From a virus (lineage: Duplodnaviria; Heunggongvirae; Uroviricota; Caudoviricetes), in IMG/VR virus record IMGVR_UViG_2541047706_000005, positions 1-46,627 of that record: a stretch of DNA of 46,627 nucleotides; one strand, given 5' to 3'. The position numbers were made by a program, and so were the translations under genes. Shown piece by piece: positions 1 to 9,387 of the stretch. The notes below the pieces were generated by a model that was given only the letters and a program-made list of their open reading frames with translations, did no database searches and was not told where the DNA came from. The stretch's first letter is position 1; the number at the start of each line of letters is the position of its first letter.

Positions 1-1284
1 TTACTTCTTCGCCTCTGCAACCACTTTACTACCCACGCCGCGGTTATTGTATTCCCACATGCGGTTGTAGTTAGTGTCATTCAGATTGCGCTGTATTTCG
101 TCGTTATCATCTACGCTGCCGGTATTACCCGCAAACGGACGATTAGAGATCACCGCATCGGCCCACGGTTTAGCCGTGTTAAAACCTTCGTTGATGGCGC
201 TATCACGGATCACCACCTGACCGTTGGTATTGGCATCAACATCCAGCGAGCGGCCCAGTTGCGCCACACCATCACCGAAAGCATTGAAACGGCTGTTTAC
301 GGCGAGGAAACCGTAGTAAATGTTGGACAGCGTAGCCGGTGCAAACACATACGCTTCTTGCTGAGTACGTGAGTTCACCACGCGGAATTCGGTGTTATCG
401 AACACCACTGCGCCGCGACCAGAAACGATATCCACATCCCCTTCAATGTAGCTGTTGGTCACCAGCGTACGCGGCTGACGATTCGTTTCCAGACGGTTCT
501 GCACACCGCTGTTGGTGACAAAGAAGGTGTTCTGACGACCGAGAATGTTAACGTTGTTAATCTGTACCTGGTCACCATCAGTACGCAGTGCCACCGCCGG
601 ATGGTTACCTGCATCTACGCTATCGCCCAGCGTGTTTTCGATGGTCAGATTTTGCAGTTGCAGGCCATTGTTTTGTGACCAGAAGACCGCAGAGCAGAGA
701 ACACCGATACTGTCGCTGCGTTTGCTCTGGCAGCTATCGTACATATACCACGCTGGTTTACCTGGCATATATTTGCCGCGCGGGTTGACGTCGTGACGCC
801 AGTCGGCAGGGCTCATGCCACCATCAAGGGAAAGCCCAATCTTCACATCAATCGGTTTTTCACCTGTACCGTACAGAGTAATTCCACCCGGAGCGGCAGG
901 GACATATACCGTTCCCTGATACTCACCAGGCATCACGGCAATATACTGGCGCTTGTTGGTACGCTTGATAATTGCCGCATCTACCGCCGCCTGAATCGTG
1001 GTATGCGTTACACCTTGAGTGCCCGCCGGGCCGACAACAAAGTCAGGTTGCGCAGGCAGGGTAATCGGGGAAGGATTCCACGCTGCTGCACCTGGTGTCA
1101 GGGATGCAAAATAGTGTTGAGCATCGAAATTCTGCGCTTCTTTTGCCGACAGAATCGGGCGAGAAGAGGTACCAGGCGCGGTTTGATCAGAAGGACGTTG
1201 ATCGGGCGGGGTTGAGCTACAGGCGGTCAGCGTCACGCCAAAAGCCAATGCCAGCGCCAGACGGGAAACTGAAAATGTGTTCAC
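1..1284 (-). CDS. ybhC: Host pectinesterase-family outer-membrane lipoprotein (YbhC-like), flanking the prophage
   Basis: 427-aa ORF with signal peptide and lipobox (LTAC); recognised as YbhC-like from memory; sits immediately outside the att core. Confidence 0.75.
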   Translation of the reverse strand: MNTFSVSRLALALAFGVTLTACSSTPPDQRPSDQTAPGTSSRPILSAKEAQNFDAQHYFASLTPGAAAWNPSPITLPAQPDFVVGPAGTQGVTHTTIQAAVDAAIIKRTNKRQYIAVMPGEYQGTVYVPAAPGGITLYGTGEKPIDVKIGLSLDGGMSPADWRHDVNPRGKYMPGKPAWYMYDSCQSKRSDSIGVLCSAVFWSQNNGLQLQNLTIENTLGDSVDAGNHPAVALRTDGDQVQINNVNILGRQNTFFVTNSGVQNRLETNRQPRTLVTNSYIEGDVDIVSGRGAVVFDNTEFRVVNSRTQQEAYVFAPATLSNIYYGFLAVNSRFNAFGDGVAQLGRSLDVDANTNGQVVIRDSAINEGFNTAKPWADAVISNRPFAGNTGSVDDNDEIQRNLNDTNYNRMWEYNNRGVGSKVVAEAKK

Positions 1285-1330
1285 AGGTTGCTCCGGGCTA
1301 TGAAATAGAAAAATGAATCCGTTGAAGCCT

Positions 1331-1345
1331 GCTTTTTTATACTAA
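1331..1345. other. Lambda-type attachment-site core (prophage-host junction)
   Basis: Exact 15-bp GCTTTTTTATACTAA core read directly, between ybhC and int. Confidence 0.8.
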
Positions 1346-1418
1346 GTTGGCATTATAAAAAAGCATTGCTTATCAATTTGTTGCAACTAACAGGTCACTA
1401 TCAGTCAAAATAAAATCA

Positions 1419-2489
1419 TTATTTGATTTCAATTTTGTCCCACTCCCTGCCTCTGTCATCACGATACTGTGATGCCATGGTGTCCGACTTATGCCCGAGA
1501 AGATGTTGAGCAAACTTATCGCTTATCTGCTTCTCATAGAGTCTTGCAGACAAACTGCGCAACTCGTGAAAGGTAGGCGGATCCCCTTCGAAGGAAAGAC
1601 CTGATGCTTTTCGTGCGCGCATAAAATACCTTGATACTGTGCCGGATGAAAGCGGTTCACGACGAGTAGATGCAATTATGGTTTCTCCGCCAAGAATCTT
1701 TTTGCATTTATCAAGTGTTTCCTTCATTGATATCCCGAGAGCATCAACATGCAATGCTGTTGGGATGGCAATTTTTACGCCTGTTTTGCTTTGCTCGACA
1801 TAAAGATATCCATCTACGATATCAGACCACTTCATTTCGCATAAATCACCAACTCGCTGCCCGGTAACAACAGCCAGTTCCATTGCAAGTCTTAGCCAAC
1901 ATGGTGATGATTCTGCTGCTTGATAAATTTTTAGGTATTCGTCAGCTGTAAGTCTTGATCTCCTTACCTCTGATTTTGCTGCGCGAGTGGCAGCGACCGG
2001 GTTTGTTGTTATATGGCCTTCAGCTATTGCCTCTCGGAATGCATCGCTCAGTGTTGATCTGATTAACTTGGCTGACGCCGCCTTGCCCTCGTCTATGTAT
2101 CCATTGAGCATTGCCGCAATTTCTTTTGTGGTGATGTCTTCAAGTGGAGCATCAGGCAGACCCCTCCTTATTGCTTTAATTTTGCTCATGTAATTTATGA
2201 GTGTCTTCTGCTTGATTCCTCTGCTGGCGAGGATTTTTTCGTAGCGATCAAGCCATGAATGTAACGTAACAGAATTATCACTGTTGATTCTCGCTGTCAG
2301 AGGCTTGTGTTTGTGTCCTGAAAATAACTCAATGTTGGCCTGTATAGCTTCAGTGATTGCGATTCGCCTGTCTCGGCCTAATCCGAACTCTTTACCCGTC
2401 CTTGGGTCCCTGTAGCAGTAATATCCATTGTTTCTTATATAAAGGTTAGGGGGTAAATCCCGGCGCTCATGACTTCGCCTTCTTCCCAT
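1419..2489 (-). CDS. int: Lambda integrase (tyrosine recombinase)
   Basis: 356-aa translation recognised as lambda Int (MGRRRSHERRDLPPNLYIRNNGYY...); overlaps xis as in lambda. Confidence 0.97.
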   Translation of the reverse strand: MGRRRSHERRDLPPNLYIRNNGYYCYRDPRTGKEFGLGRDRRIAITEAIQANIELFSGHKHKPLTARINSDNSVTLHSWLDRYEKILASRGIKQKTLINYMSKIKAIRRGLPDAPLEDITTKEIAAMLNGYIDEGKAASAKLIRSTLSDAFREAIAEGHITTNPVAATRAAKSEVRRSRLTADEYLKIYQAAESSPCWLRLAMELAVVTGQRVGDLCEMKWSDIVDGYLYVEQSKTGVKIAIPTALHVDALGISMKETLDKCKKILGGETIIASTRREPLSSGTVSRYFMRARKASGLSFEGDPPTFHELRSLSARLYEKQISDKFAQHLLGHKSDTMASQYRDDRGREWDKIEIK

Positions 2490-2685
2490 TTCTGATCCTC
2501 TTCAAAAGGCTACCTGTTACTGGTCGATTTAAGTCAACCTTTACCGCTGATTCGTGGAACAGATACTCTCTTCCATCCTTAACCGGAGGAGGGAATATCC
2601 TGCATTCGCGCACCCATCGACGAACTGTTTCAAGGCTTCTTGGGCGCCGCTGGCGTGCGTTCCACTCCTGAAGTGTTAAGTACAT
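2467..2685 (-). CDS. xis: Lambda excisionase
   Basis: 72-aa translation MYLTLQEWNARQRRPRSLETVRRW... recognised as lambda Xis. Confidence 0.95.
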   Translation of the reverse strand: MYLTLQEWNARQRRPRSLETVRRWVRECRIFPPPVKDGREYLFHESAVKVDLNRPVTGSLLKRIRNGKKAKS

Positions 2686-2714
2686 CGCAAAGTCTCCGCA
2701 ATTACACGCAAGAA

Positions 2715-2737
2715 AAAACCGCCATCAGGCGGTTTGG
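2715..2737. terminator. Hairpin plus T/A tracts (possible bidirectional terminator) downstream of a small leftward ORF
   Basis: aaaaaaccgccatcaggcggttt: GC stem ccgcc/ggcgg flanked by A-run and T-run. Confidence 0.45.
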
Positions 2738-2892
2738 TGTTCTTTCAGTTCTTCAATTCGAAGATTTGTTACGCCTGCATGCGCTATCTGCGCCCATATC
2801 ATCCAGTGGTTATAGCAGTCGTTGATGTCCTCTGCTTCGATAACCCTGTTGAATGGTTCTCCATTCCATTCACCTGTGACTCGGAAGTACAT
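2725..2892 (-). CDS. Small hypothetical protein (about 55 aa), below the ORF-track length cut-off
   Basis: Hand-translated minus-strand ORF MYFRVTGEWNGEPFNRV... ending just before the hairpin; coordinates approximate. Confidence 0.3.
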   Translation of the reverse strand: MYFRVTGEWNGEPFNRVIEAEDINDCYNHWMIWAQIAHAGVTNLRIEELKEHQTA

Positions 2893-3050
2893 TTATCATC
2901 TCCATAAAACAAAACCCGCCGTAGCGAGTTCAGATAAAAGAAATCCCCGCGAGTGCGAGGATTGTTATTGTCTTTTCTTCGTGCATTTGTCGCACTTTCG
3001 GCACCATCCAGATAGGCACATCCGTCCGCAATTAACACATATAGGCCACA

Positions 3051-3329
3051 TCATTTTTCCTCTTTTGGTTTATGAATCTGAATGGTCATGCCGCTTTGAG
3101 TGGTGACTACAATGACAGAACCAGGCTGAAGGCTGTTAAGATTGAATGCTTCGTAAAACGAATCCAATGCCAGTGCTTTTTTATTCTTTCTGTTCCACCA
3201 ACGCCATCCCTTGCTACAGGCTACACTGACAATCCACTGTCCACTCCTGTAAGCCATATAAAACCAGATGAGCAAAACCTGAAGGAAGGCTATCCAGTCA
3301 ATAATTGTATATTTCGCGAAGGAGTCCAT
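3051..3329 (-). CDS. Small hypothetical protein with a hydrophobic segment
   Basis: Internal start MDSFAKYTIIDWIAFLQVLLIWFYMAY... overlapping the upstream stop (TAATG); RBS-like ggagg upstream. Confidence 0.45.
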   Translation of the reverse strand: MDSFAKYTIIDWIAFLQVLLIWFYMAYRSGQWIVSVACSKGWRWWNRKNKKALALDSFYEAFNLNSLQPGSVIVVTTQSGMTIQIHKPKEEK

Positions 3330-3976
3330 TACTTCACCTCCTGCGGCGGTTCTGGTAGCGGCATCCAGAACAAGGCGTTCCCTAACCACGATAAAGTGCC
3401 GTCGCTCAACTCCACGTATTCCCCTTGTACCTGTCCTGCCATATACTCGCCGTGCTTTGAATAAATTAAAATCCAATCATCTTGAGGGGGCATTCGCTCA
3501 CTACAGCTTATCCAACCATCCGGAGTTACCGGATAGTTGCCAGCGGCCTCGGGCATATCCGGACCTTTGCGAATAGCCTTTGCAAGCTCAACAGGGTCAT
3601 CGTAAAGCCAGTCGCCAGTTTGTGGGTGATTTGCTTCTGCAAGCTGCGCAGCCCATTCAAGACCATCTTTTTGACCTTGGAGATAATCAAGCGGCAACTC
3701 TTCATGATTACTTGCAGGTTCGGCACACTGAAGCATGGCGGCGCAGCAGGCGTTCCAGCCTTGAACCTTAGCTATTGCCACAACTGCATCGGTAAAGAAC
3801 ATTCTCGCGGTATCTGGCTCCGGAATTTCATCCGGCACATATGCAGGAGATGGCTTGTCAGCGAGCATTGACATCAACGCGCAGATGGTGTCCTCGCTGA
3901 TTTCAAACATACCACTGGCGTTCTGCGTCGAGGATTTAAGCTCTTCGATAATGCGCTCTTTCGTAAACTCAGCCAT
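3329..3976 (-). CDS. DUF551-like lambdoid accessory protein
   Basis: C-terminal segment (...DDWILIYSKHGEYMAGQV...WMPLPEPP) resembles the DUF551 family common in lambdoid early-left regions; start taken at internal MAEFTKER. Confidence 0.5.
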   Translation of the reverse strand: MAEFTKERIIEELKSSTQNASGMFEISEDTICALMSMLADKPSPAYVPDEIPEPDTARMFFTDAVVAIAKVQGWNACCAAMLQCAEPASNHEELPLDYLQGQKDGLEWAAQLAEANHPQTGDWLYDDPVELAKAIRKGPDMPEAAGNYPVTPDGWISCSERMPPQDDWILIYSKHGEYMAGQVQGEYVELSDGTLSWLGNALFWMPLPEPPQEVK

Positions 3977-3980
3977 ATCC

Positions 3981-4517
3981 CTACTTCCCCTTGATGCTGA
4001 CATTAACGCCAGCTTTGCGAATCTCATCGGCGCATCTGTTGATAATATTTCTGTGAAACTCACAAAAAATTTTCGCCGACTGCGGCCCTAATGGGTGAAC
4101 ATCTTGCGTACTCGGCAGCACAACCTCCCGCGCCTCCAGCTCAGAAATCCGCTTCTCTGCTGCTTCCAGCTCAACACGCAGCTTCCCTACCGTTAGCGCA
4201 ATATCCTCGTTCTCCTGGTCGCGGCGTTTGATGTATTGCTGGTTTCTTTCCCGTTCATCCAGCAGCGCCAGCACGGTAGCTGGATTGGCTGCGGCGATGA
4301 ATTCAGCATTGGCCTGCTGTTCTATTTGGAAATCTTCATCGAAACCGCTTTCAGGATGCGCTCCTTCAATTCTGCAAATGGGAATATATCCAGCAGCCTC
4401 GCGATGAATTAGTGCATCATCACCATCAAATCGGCCATCTCCATATTCGAGCGACCACTCGCCACACGTTGCTTTTTCTGCCTTAGCACGTAGTGCCTGA
4501 TAGTCAATCTTGCTCAC
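3981..4517 (-). CDS. Ead/Ea22-like protein
   Basis: 178-aa acidic coiled-coil-rich product in the position of lambda ea22; family assignment from memory. Confidence 0.5.
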   Translation of the reverse strand: MSKIDYQALRAKAEKATCGEWSLEYGDGRFDGDDALIHREAAGYIPICRIEGAHPESGFDEDFQIEQQANAEFIAAANPATVLALLDERERNQQYIKRRDQENEDIALTVGKLRVELEAAEKRISELEAREVVLPSTQDVHPLGPQSAKIFCEFHRNIINRCADEIRKAGVNVSIKGK

Positions 4518-4758
4518 TGGTTGCCTCCTGCTTCTCTGCCTTCAACACCATGCGAGAACCATCATCAAGTTCCCACGCGATCTCACCACCTTCAGCCATG
4601 ACCAGTCGCCACACCAATTGAGCAGCCTCATTGGTAACATCACGACCTGGATCATTGCCAACGCGCATACGTCCACCTTCAACATCGCGCATTTTTGCCA
4701 GCATGATAGTTTTTGATAGCGGTGAAAAACCAAGCTGTAGTCGTGCTGAATTACTCAC
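4504..4758 (-). CDS. Hypothetical protein (GTG start overlapping the upstream stop)
   Basis: aaggagg RBS then GTG overlapping the TGA of the upstream gene; ORF-track frame 4504..4833. Confidence 0.4.
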   Translation of the reverse strand: MSNSARLQLGFSPLSKTIMLAKMRDVEGGRMRVGNDPGRDVTNEAAQLVWRLVMAEGGEIAWELDDGSRMVLKAEKQEATSEQD

Positions 4759-4988
4759 TGGTTGCCTCCTTTGCGTAACTGGGCGGCGCTTCTGATCTTT
4801 CCACTCTTGACCCCAGCGAAAGCCTTTAGCCAAAGCTTACGGTTGAGTGGATCATCTGTTGAATACGGATTGTCAGTTACCTCGAGGCCTATTACGGCGG
4901 CGTAGATTCCCTCCTCGTAAGCGTTGTCGACGTCTCTGGCATTACCATCTGCATCAATTCTTCTGGCAGGCTTAATCTGATTGCTCAT
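4755..4988 (-). CDS. Hypothetical protein (77 aa)
   Basis: ORF track; tightly packed in the leftward operon. Confidence 0.45.
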   Translation of the reverse strand: MSNQIKPARRIDADGNARDVDNAYEEGIYAAVIGLEVTDNPYSTDDPLNRKLWLKAFAGVKSGKIRSAAQLRKGGNQ

Positions 4989-5443
4989 GCTGCACCTCCT
5001 TCGCGAAGCTGAGTGGCGAATTCATTAAGCTCAGCTAACAATTCATCAGCCCACTGAGCCGCTCTGCTTGCGTAGAGCATCTCCACACCCTGCGCCCGGA
5101 CTTCAGCCAGGAAAGCATCGGTGGCTGGGGTGTCTGATTGCAGAGACTTTGCGCGATAGTCATTCCACCCTCTTGCATACATGGGATTAACTTGCACTCC
5201 ATCTTTTACGCAATATGCCTGACCTCCACGGTTGATAACCTTGATTTCGTCCATAGCGCCAGACTTCAGCCCCGCATTCTCCGCCGCCAGCGCCGCGCAC
5301 TTGGCCTCCGCTTCAGCAAATTTACGCACCAGATATTCAGCGTTTGTTTCGTTAACCTTTAAATCACTTGGAATGCATTTACCTTTCAGAAATCCATCCA
5401 TCTCAATTAGTGACATTTGTTTCATTTTTTCCCACTCCGCCAC
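4985..5443 (-). CDS. Hypothetical protein (152 aa)
   Basis: ORF track; stop/start coupled with neighbours. Confidence 0.5.
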   Translation of the reverse strand: MAEWEKMKQMSLIEMDGFLKGKCIPSDLKVNETNAEYLVRKFAEAEAKCAALAAENAGLKSGAMDEIKVINRGGQAYCVKDGVQVNPMYARGWNDYRAKSLQSDTPATDAFLAEVRAQGVEMLYASRAAQWADELLAELNEFATQLREGGAA

Positions 5444-5596
5444 ATCGCATTCAGATATTTGTTTTGATTTACTGACGGAAAAGAATTTCTCTTAAGCAAT
5501 TCCTCTCTCGATGGCATTGGCTTTACGCGTTGGCGAATAATCATTTCTGCCGGAAGAATGCCGGGATTGTATGCAAGTCCTCTCATGGTAAATTCC

Positions 5597-5893
5597 TCAG
5601 TCATTACTGATAGCGCCATAGCGTGAGCGGTAATTACGCAGGCGCGGGTCGATATATTCAGGGAAGTGGGTATATGTGGCTTTGCGGAATGGTCGGATTG
5701 ATGTCTGGTAAATTCGCTCGCGTTCTTCTTTCTCTGCAAGCCATATACAGTGGCGAAATTCCTTTTCCTCTTTCGTTTCCTGCGGTAGAGACATTATCCG
5801 GTTGTAGTTTTTCCTGAATTTATCCAGCACCTCCGATACGGAATTGCCGGAACAGCGGCGCGGGTCATCCGCACCATACAGAGGCGCTGGCAT
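5597..5893 (-). CDS. Hypothetical protein (98 aa)
   Basis: ORF track. Confidence 0.45.
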   Translation of the reverse strand: MPAPLYGADDPRRCSGNSVSEVLDKFRKNYNRIMSLPQETKEEKEFRHCIWLAEKEERERIYQTSIRPFRKATYTHFPEYIDPRLRNYRSRYGAISND

Positions 5894-5916
5894 AATGGAA
5901 TCCTTATGTTGCTAAT

Positions 5917-6300
5917 TTAGAAGGGAATTGAATCGTCGTATTCAGGATGATTTTGATGATTGCTACTTTGTTGCTGTTGGTTGTTTCCTGAAGTTGCAAA
6001 TCCAATCTTTGCATTCAGTAATTCAAGAGTGATTGATTGACCATTTTGCCCCTGATAAACATCAACCCTGATGTTTTCTCCGGTAATTTCTACAATGCCA
6101 CCTTCAACCAGAACGCTACGGTAGTAATCCGCTTGCGCTCCCGGCTTGGCAAATACAACGGCGCTGTAGTTTGTCCATTCTTTCTTTTTTGTCTGGCGAT
6201 CGTAATACTGAACGCCAGCACGGATGTTGAATCCGATATTTTCCCCGGCCTGAAACTCTCTTGCGGGCTTGTTTAGTCTTACAGTAATCGAATGTGCCAT
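5917..6300 (-). CDS. Phage single-stranded-DNA-binding (SSB-like) protein
   Basis: 127-aa product ending in an acidic tail ...EYDDSIPF, resembling the SSB C-terminal DDDIPF motif; adjacent to the recombinase. Confidence 0.65.
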   Translation of the reverse strand: MAHSITVRLNKPAREFQAGENIGFNIRAGVQYYDRQTKKKEWTNYSAVVFAKPGAQADYYRSVLVEGGIVEITGENIRVDVYQGQNGQSITLELLNAKIGFATSGNNQQQQSSNHQNHPEYDDSIPF

Positions 6301-6905
6301 TAAGCAGCAGCTCCTTCTAATTCGTCTCGTCTGATGTTGTAAACGTCCTGCGCTTTTTGCTGCTCAGGTGTGCCTTCGAGCATCTTCCACGCTTTGGCGA
6401 ACGCCTGTTTAAGCTCTTCTACGGTGTTTTTCTGCATTGCTGCGTCAGTGAATGCTTTTAGAACCTGTTCAGGTGTAGGTGATGGTTTTGATTGCTTTGC
6501 TGCTGCGTTCTGCTGATGTTTATGCTCGTCTGTATCTGCATCTTTCGCATCATCAATGCCGAACAAACCATTGAGGCAATACTTGCGTGCATAAGAGCTT
6601 GTAGCTCCAGTAACTTGTGCAGAATCCATTCCTTTCTTGCTTTCTTCCTCTCGTGCAAGAGCGGTTGCCGTATGGCTGTTTTCGCCATCGGTAATAGTTG
6701 CCGTGGCTTTCACGTAATACCGATCACCAATCAACACAACTTCATCGCTGATTGATAAAAACAGACCATTCAGTAACGGCTTAACGCCTTCAAGAATATC
6801 TTCGCAGCTTCTGTATTTATATTTACCGAATGAGTTGTACTGATTCTTTGGCGCGTTCAGATTCTCCTGAATAGCTGCCAGTCTTGCGTAAAATTCTTTG
6901 CTCAT
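6300..6905 (-). CDS. erf: Erf-family single-strand annealing recombinase
   Basis: N-terminus MSKEFYARLAAIQENLNAPKNQYNSFGKYKYRSCEDILEGVKP resembles P22 Erf as remembered; start taken at internal Met. Confidence 0.6.
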   Translation of the reverse strand: MSKEFYARLAAIQENLNAPKNQYNSFGKYKYRSCEDILEGVKPLLNGLFLSISDEVVLIGDRYYVKATATITDGENSHTATALAREEESKKGMDSAQVTGATSSYARKYCLNGLFGIDDAKDADTDEHKHQQNAAAKQSKPSPTPEQVLKAFTDAAMQKNTVEELKQAFAKAWKMLEGTPEQQKAQDVYNIRRDELEGAAA

Positions 6906-7006
6906 ATGATTGTTCTCAGAATGGACACGGCCCAAGGAAATAACGCTGATTTAATACTTCGACTCGGGACAAGTTAAGGCATACCCGCATTCCTTCGCGG
7001 TCGCCA

Positions 7007-7195
7007 TTATGTCGATACCAGAGAGCTTTCTGCGTGTACATGCGCCTCTGTAACTTGCTCTCCTTCACTGTGGTTGCAAGTGACATGAATATCTCCTTCG
7101 TTACCGATTAATTCTTTCATCTGACGAATGAATTCTTCGTCTGACCAGTTATCTGTAAAACTCATGGACGGCCTTGTTGTTTCAAAATATCCCAA
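7007..7195 (-). CDS. Small hypothetical protein (kil/gam position)
   Basis: ORF track; start uncertain. Confidence 0.35.
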   Translation of the reverse strand: MGYFETTRPSMSFTDNWSDEEFIRQMKELIGNEGDIHVTCNHSEGEQVTEAHVHAESSLVST

Positions 7196-7332
7196 AGCTT
7201 TTCGAGCAAACTTTTCATTCTTGGTTGTTTAAAGTCTGCTCCGGTTAAAATATTTTTTCGTGAATGCTGCACCGATAAAATCGGGTTGAAAGGGCGAACC
7301 GATGCCGCCCCTGCAATAGCGAACTGTTGCAT
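7162..7332 (-). CDS. cIII: CIII-like regulator (FtsH inhibitor family)
   Basis: Internal start MQQFAIAGAASV...LLEKLWDILKQQGRP resembles lambda CIII (MQYAIAG...). Confidence 0.55.
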   Translation of the reverse strand: MQQFAIAGAASVRPFNPILSVQHSRKNILTGADFKQPRMKSLLEKLWDILKQQGRP

Positions 7333-7395
7333 AGGATGCTCCTTCTGTTTGATTGCATAACGAAAACGCCTCAAGTGAAGCGTTATTGGTATGCA

Positions 7396-7423
7396 TATAA
7401 AAAGGCCCTCACACTGGAGGGCA
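7396..7423 (-). terminator. Leftward rho-independent terminator upstream of cIII (tL-like)
   Basis: Minus-strand hairpin gccctc/gagggc followed by U-tract; coordinates approximate. Confidence 0.5.
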
Positions 7424-7512
7424 AAGAAGATTTCCAATAATCAGAACAAGTCGGCTCCTGTTTAGTTACGAGCGACATTGCTCACATAGCAGACTCGTAA
7501 ATCTGCTATAGG

Positions 7513-7674
7513 TGCTTATTCGCATCGCATGACAACATCAAATTTTTCGAGATTACTTTGTCGCAACAATCCTTCTTCTACGCGATCAGCTTTTCTATAA
7601 TTATCAAATTCGAAATGTTTAATTACTTCTTTCGTTTCTCGCTCTATAACTTCAACGATGTATTTCTTATTCAT
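7513..7674 (-). CDS. Small hypothetical protein (about 53 aa)
   Basis: Hand-translated; ATG overlaps stop of the upstream 98-aa gene (TAATG). Confidence 0.3.
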
Positions 7675-7970
7675 TACTCATCACCTATGGCTTTTCTGAT
7701 TGCTGCTAGACCTTTATTAACAGCTCCATACCATTCTGGATATGTTGTCGTTGTTCTATTTTTGGATTGCTTAAGTAATAACTGAAGTGCTTCGAGAAGG
7801 TCAGGCGCTGCCGCTATTAGATTGGCATCTTCAATACATTGAACTTCCTCACAGATTGCAACATACGAACGCCAGCCAGCGCCATTTTTAAGTGAGCATG
7901 CCTGGATGATTTTAATCTCATCGCCATCCATCATTATTTCCCACTTACCTTCAGTACCTTTAAATTCCAT
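7674..7970 (-). CDS. Hypothetical protein (98 aa)
   Basis: ORF track; AT-rich. Confidence 0.45.
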   Translation of the reverse strand: MEFKGTEGKWEIMMDGDEIKIIQACSLKNGAGWRSYVAICEEVQCIEDANLIAAAPDLLEALQLLLKQSKNRTTTTYPEWYGAVNKGLAAIRKAIGDE

Positions 7971-8007
7971 GTTAGCCTCTGTTGTTTATACCAAAAATAA
8001 AGGCCGA

Positions 8008-8631
8008 CTATGCGGACTCGGAAGGAAGTCCAATCATCTTATTCAAATCTTCTACCCGTAAAGCAGGAAGTGCTGTACTTGCTTTGTCTGCTTCTTTTGG
8101 TAGCAATTCTTTGCTTTCAGGCCAAACTTCAATAAGTCGCTTAACTGTTGTGACTGAGTTCAAAGCAGCCCATACATTTGATTCGATATCCTTTTTCTTG
8201 GCTTCAAGTTTTTGTTGCAATGCGCAGATTTCATCAAACCTTTTTGTTATTTCGTGTTCTGCATCAAACATGCATTTATCTTTGGTTGGAGTAGGGAGCA
8301 ATATATCTTCGCCGTTGCCGTCTTTCCCATATGAATGCCATCCAACCCTTCTGCCAGATACAGTCAGATAAATTGAAGTAGAACGAACATCGTATGAGTA
8401 AAATGAACATCCCATCTTTTCAAGTTCTTCACTTATAGCTACTAACCTGGATGATAACTGATCCACTTCCTCAGTTTTCTTTTTACCGCCAAACGCAATA
8501 ACTCTGGCGTCAAGTGCAAGCTGGTTCTTTAACTTTGTTACTTCTTCAAGTTCAGTGAAAACCCCAGACTTAATTAAAGCGTTACGAGCGATTTTCTCTT
8601 TCATTCTCGTAGTTAAGCGGATTGATGACAT
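8008..8631 (-). CDS. Hypothetical accessory protein (about 207 aa) immediately downstream of N
   Basis: ORF-track frame 8008..8691, start taken at internal MSSIRLTT; no recognisable family. Confidence 0.5.
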   Translation of the reverse strand: MSSIRLTTRMKEKIARNALIKSGVFTELEEVTKLKNQLALDARVIAFGGKKKTEEVDQLSSRLVAISEELEKMGCSFYSYDVRSTSIYLTVSGRRVGWHSYGKDGNGEDILLPTPTKDKCMFDAEHEITKRFDEICALQQKLEAKKKDIESNVWAALNSVTTVKRLIEVWPESKELLPKEADKASTALPALRVEDLNKMIGLPSESA

Positions 8632-8692
8632 ATTAATTCCTCTCAAATAAGTGGTTTGCTGCCTAATTTTATTTTCTGGCGACCAACACAAG

Positions 8693-9076
8693 TCATCTTG
8701 CTGTCAGTTGTTTGGATTTCCGGTATCCTGCCGCGTAAAGAGCTACGTTCGGAAGACATACACCAGTTTCTGGTTGCTTATGTCCAAACTCATTCGCGTA
8801 CACAATGGCCGCTCGCTCCAGATTGCGTCTGTATTCTTTCTGTTGCCAGATCACGTCCTGTGCCATGAACTTAATTGGCTTAGCGTCTTCTATGCGCTCA
8901 GGCGTTTCGTGAGTACCTTTAGCCTGAATCTGCGCTCTGCTTAGAGTAGGGCGTTGTAATACTTCTGAACTTATTGCTTCTTCGCGGGCCAGTACGCCGT
9001 TAGCTAATGCCTTTGCCTTTAAACGCTCACGACGACGAGAACGTGAATTGCCTTTGAACTGAGTTCTGCGTGTCAT
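8693..9076 (-). CDS. N-type transcription antiterminator, P22 gene-24-like
   Basis: Arg-rich N-terminal motif (RRTQFKGNSRSRRRERLKAKA) and C-terminus LPNVALYAAGYRKSKQLTAR resembling P22 gp24; first gene after pL. Confidence 0.8.
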   Translation of the reverse strand: MTRRTQFKGNSRSRRRERLKAKALANGVLAREEAISSEVLQRPTLSRAQIQAKGTHETPERIEDAKPIKFMAQDVIWQQKEYRRNLERAAIVYANEFGHKQPETGVCLPNVALYAAGYRKSKQLTAR

Positions 9077-9241
9077 ATAGACCTCCTGATGAACTTTGGT
9101 GGTGTGGTAGGTGGGAGACCCATTTCGACCTGTTTCGGCCTACTTCAATTCGGCAATAGTCCCGCAGGCCTCGCCGCTTTACGTGCGACATATTCCCGTC
9201 CATGAACCCTTCACCACACCCCAAAGTTCACTTTGGTTATT

Positions 9242-9256
9242 GCGCTTTGTCAGCGC
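9242..9256 (-). promoter_or_regulatory. nutL boxB-like hairpin (P22 type)
   Basis: Minus-strand GCGCTGACAAAGCGC between pL and N; approximate coordinates. Confidence 0.55.
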
Positions 9257-9324
9257 CGTAGATTCATATTCGAATCGTTGTATATTCACCGCCCTGGTGA
9301 GTAGTGCGTCCTGCTGATGTGTTT

Positions 9325-9387
9325 AGTATCACCGCCAGTGGTATTTATGTCAACACCGCCAGAGATAATTTATCACCGCAGATGGTT
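9325..9387 (-). promoter_or_regulatory. Lambda oL1-oL2-oL3 operators with pL
   Basis: Three 17-bp operators matching lambda OL (tatcaccgccagtggta, caacaccgccagagata, tatcaccgcagatggtt); TTGACA/GATACT on minus strand. Confidence 0.9.

Noticed and set aside
545-1316. Plus-strand ORFs (83, 66, 140 and 73 aa) overlapping ybhC
   Set aside because: Antisense or alternative frames inside a well-supported lipoprotein gene; no RBS or family resemblance
2799-3106. ORFs of 79 aa (minus) and 94 aa (plus) in the xis-distal spacer
   Set aside because: Mutually overlapping with poor start contexts; the hand-called 55-aa ORF with an adjacent hairpin is at least as plausible, and none can be confirmed
5422-5739. 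105-aa ORF overlapping the 98-aa gene at 5597..5893
   Set aside because: The N-terminal half overlaps a better-placed gene in another frame; only a short C-terminal ORF (about 55-60 aa from an internal Met) could be real, so it was left out of the feature list
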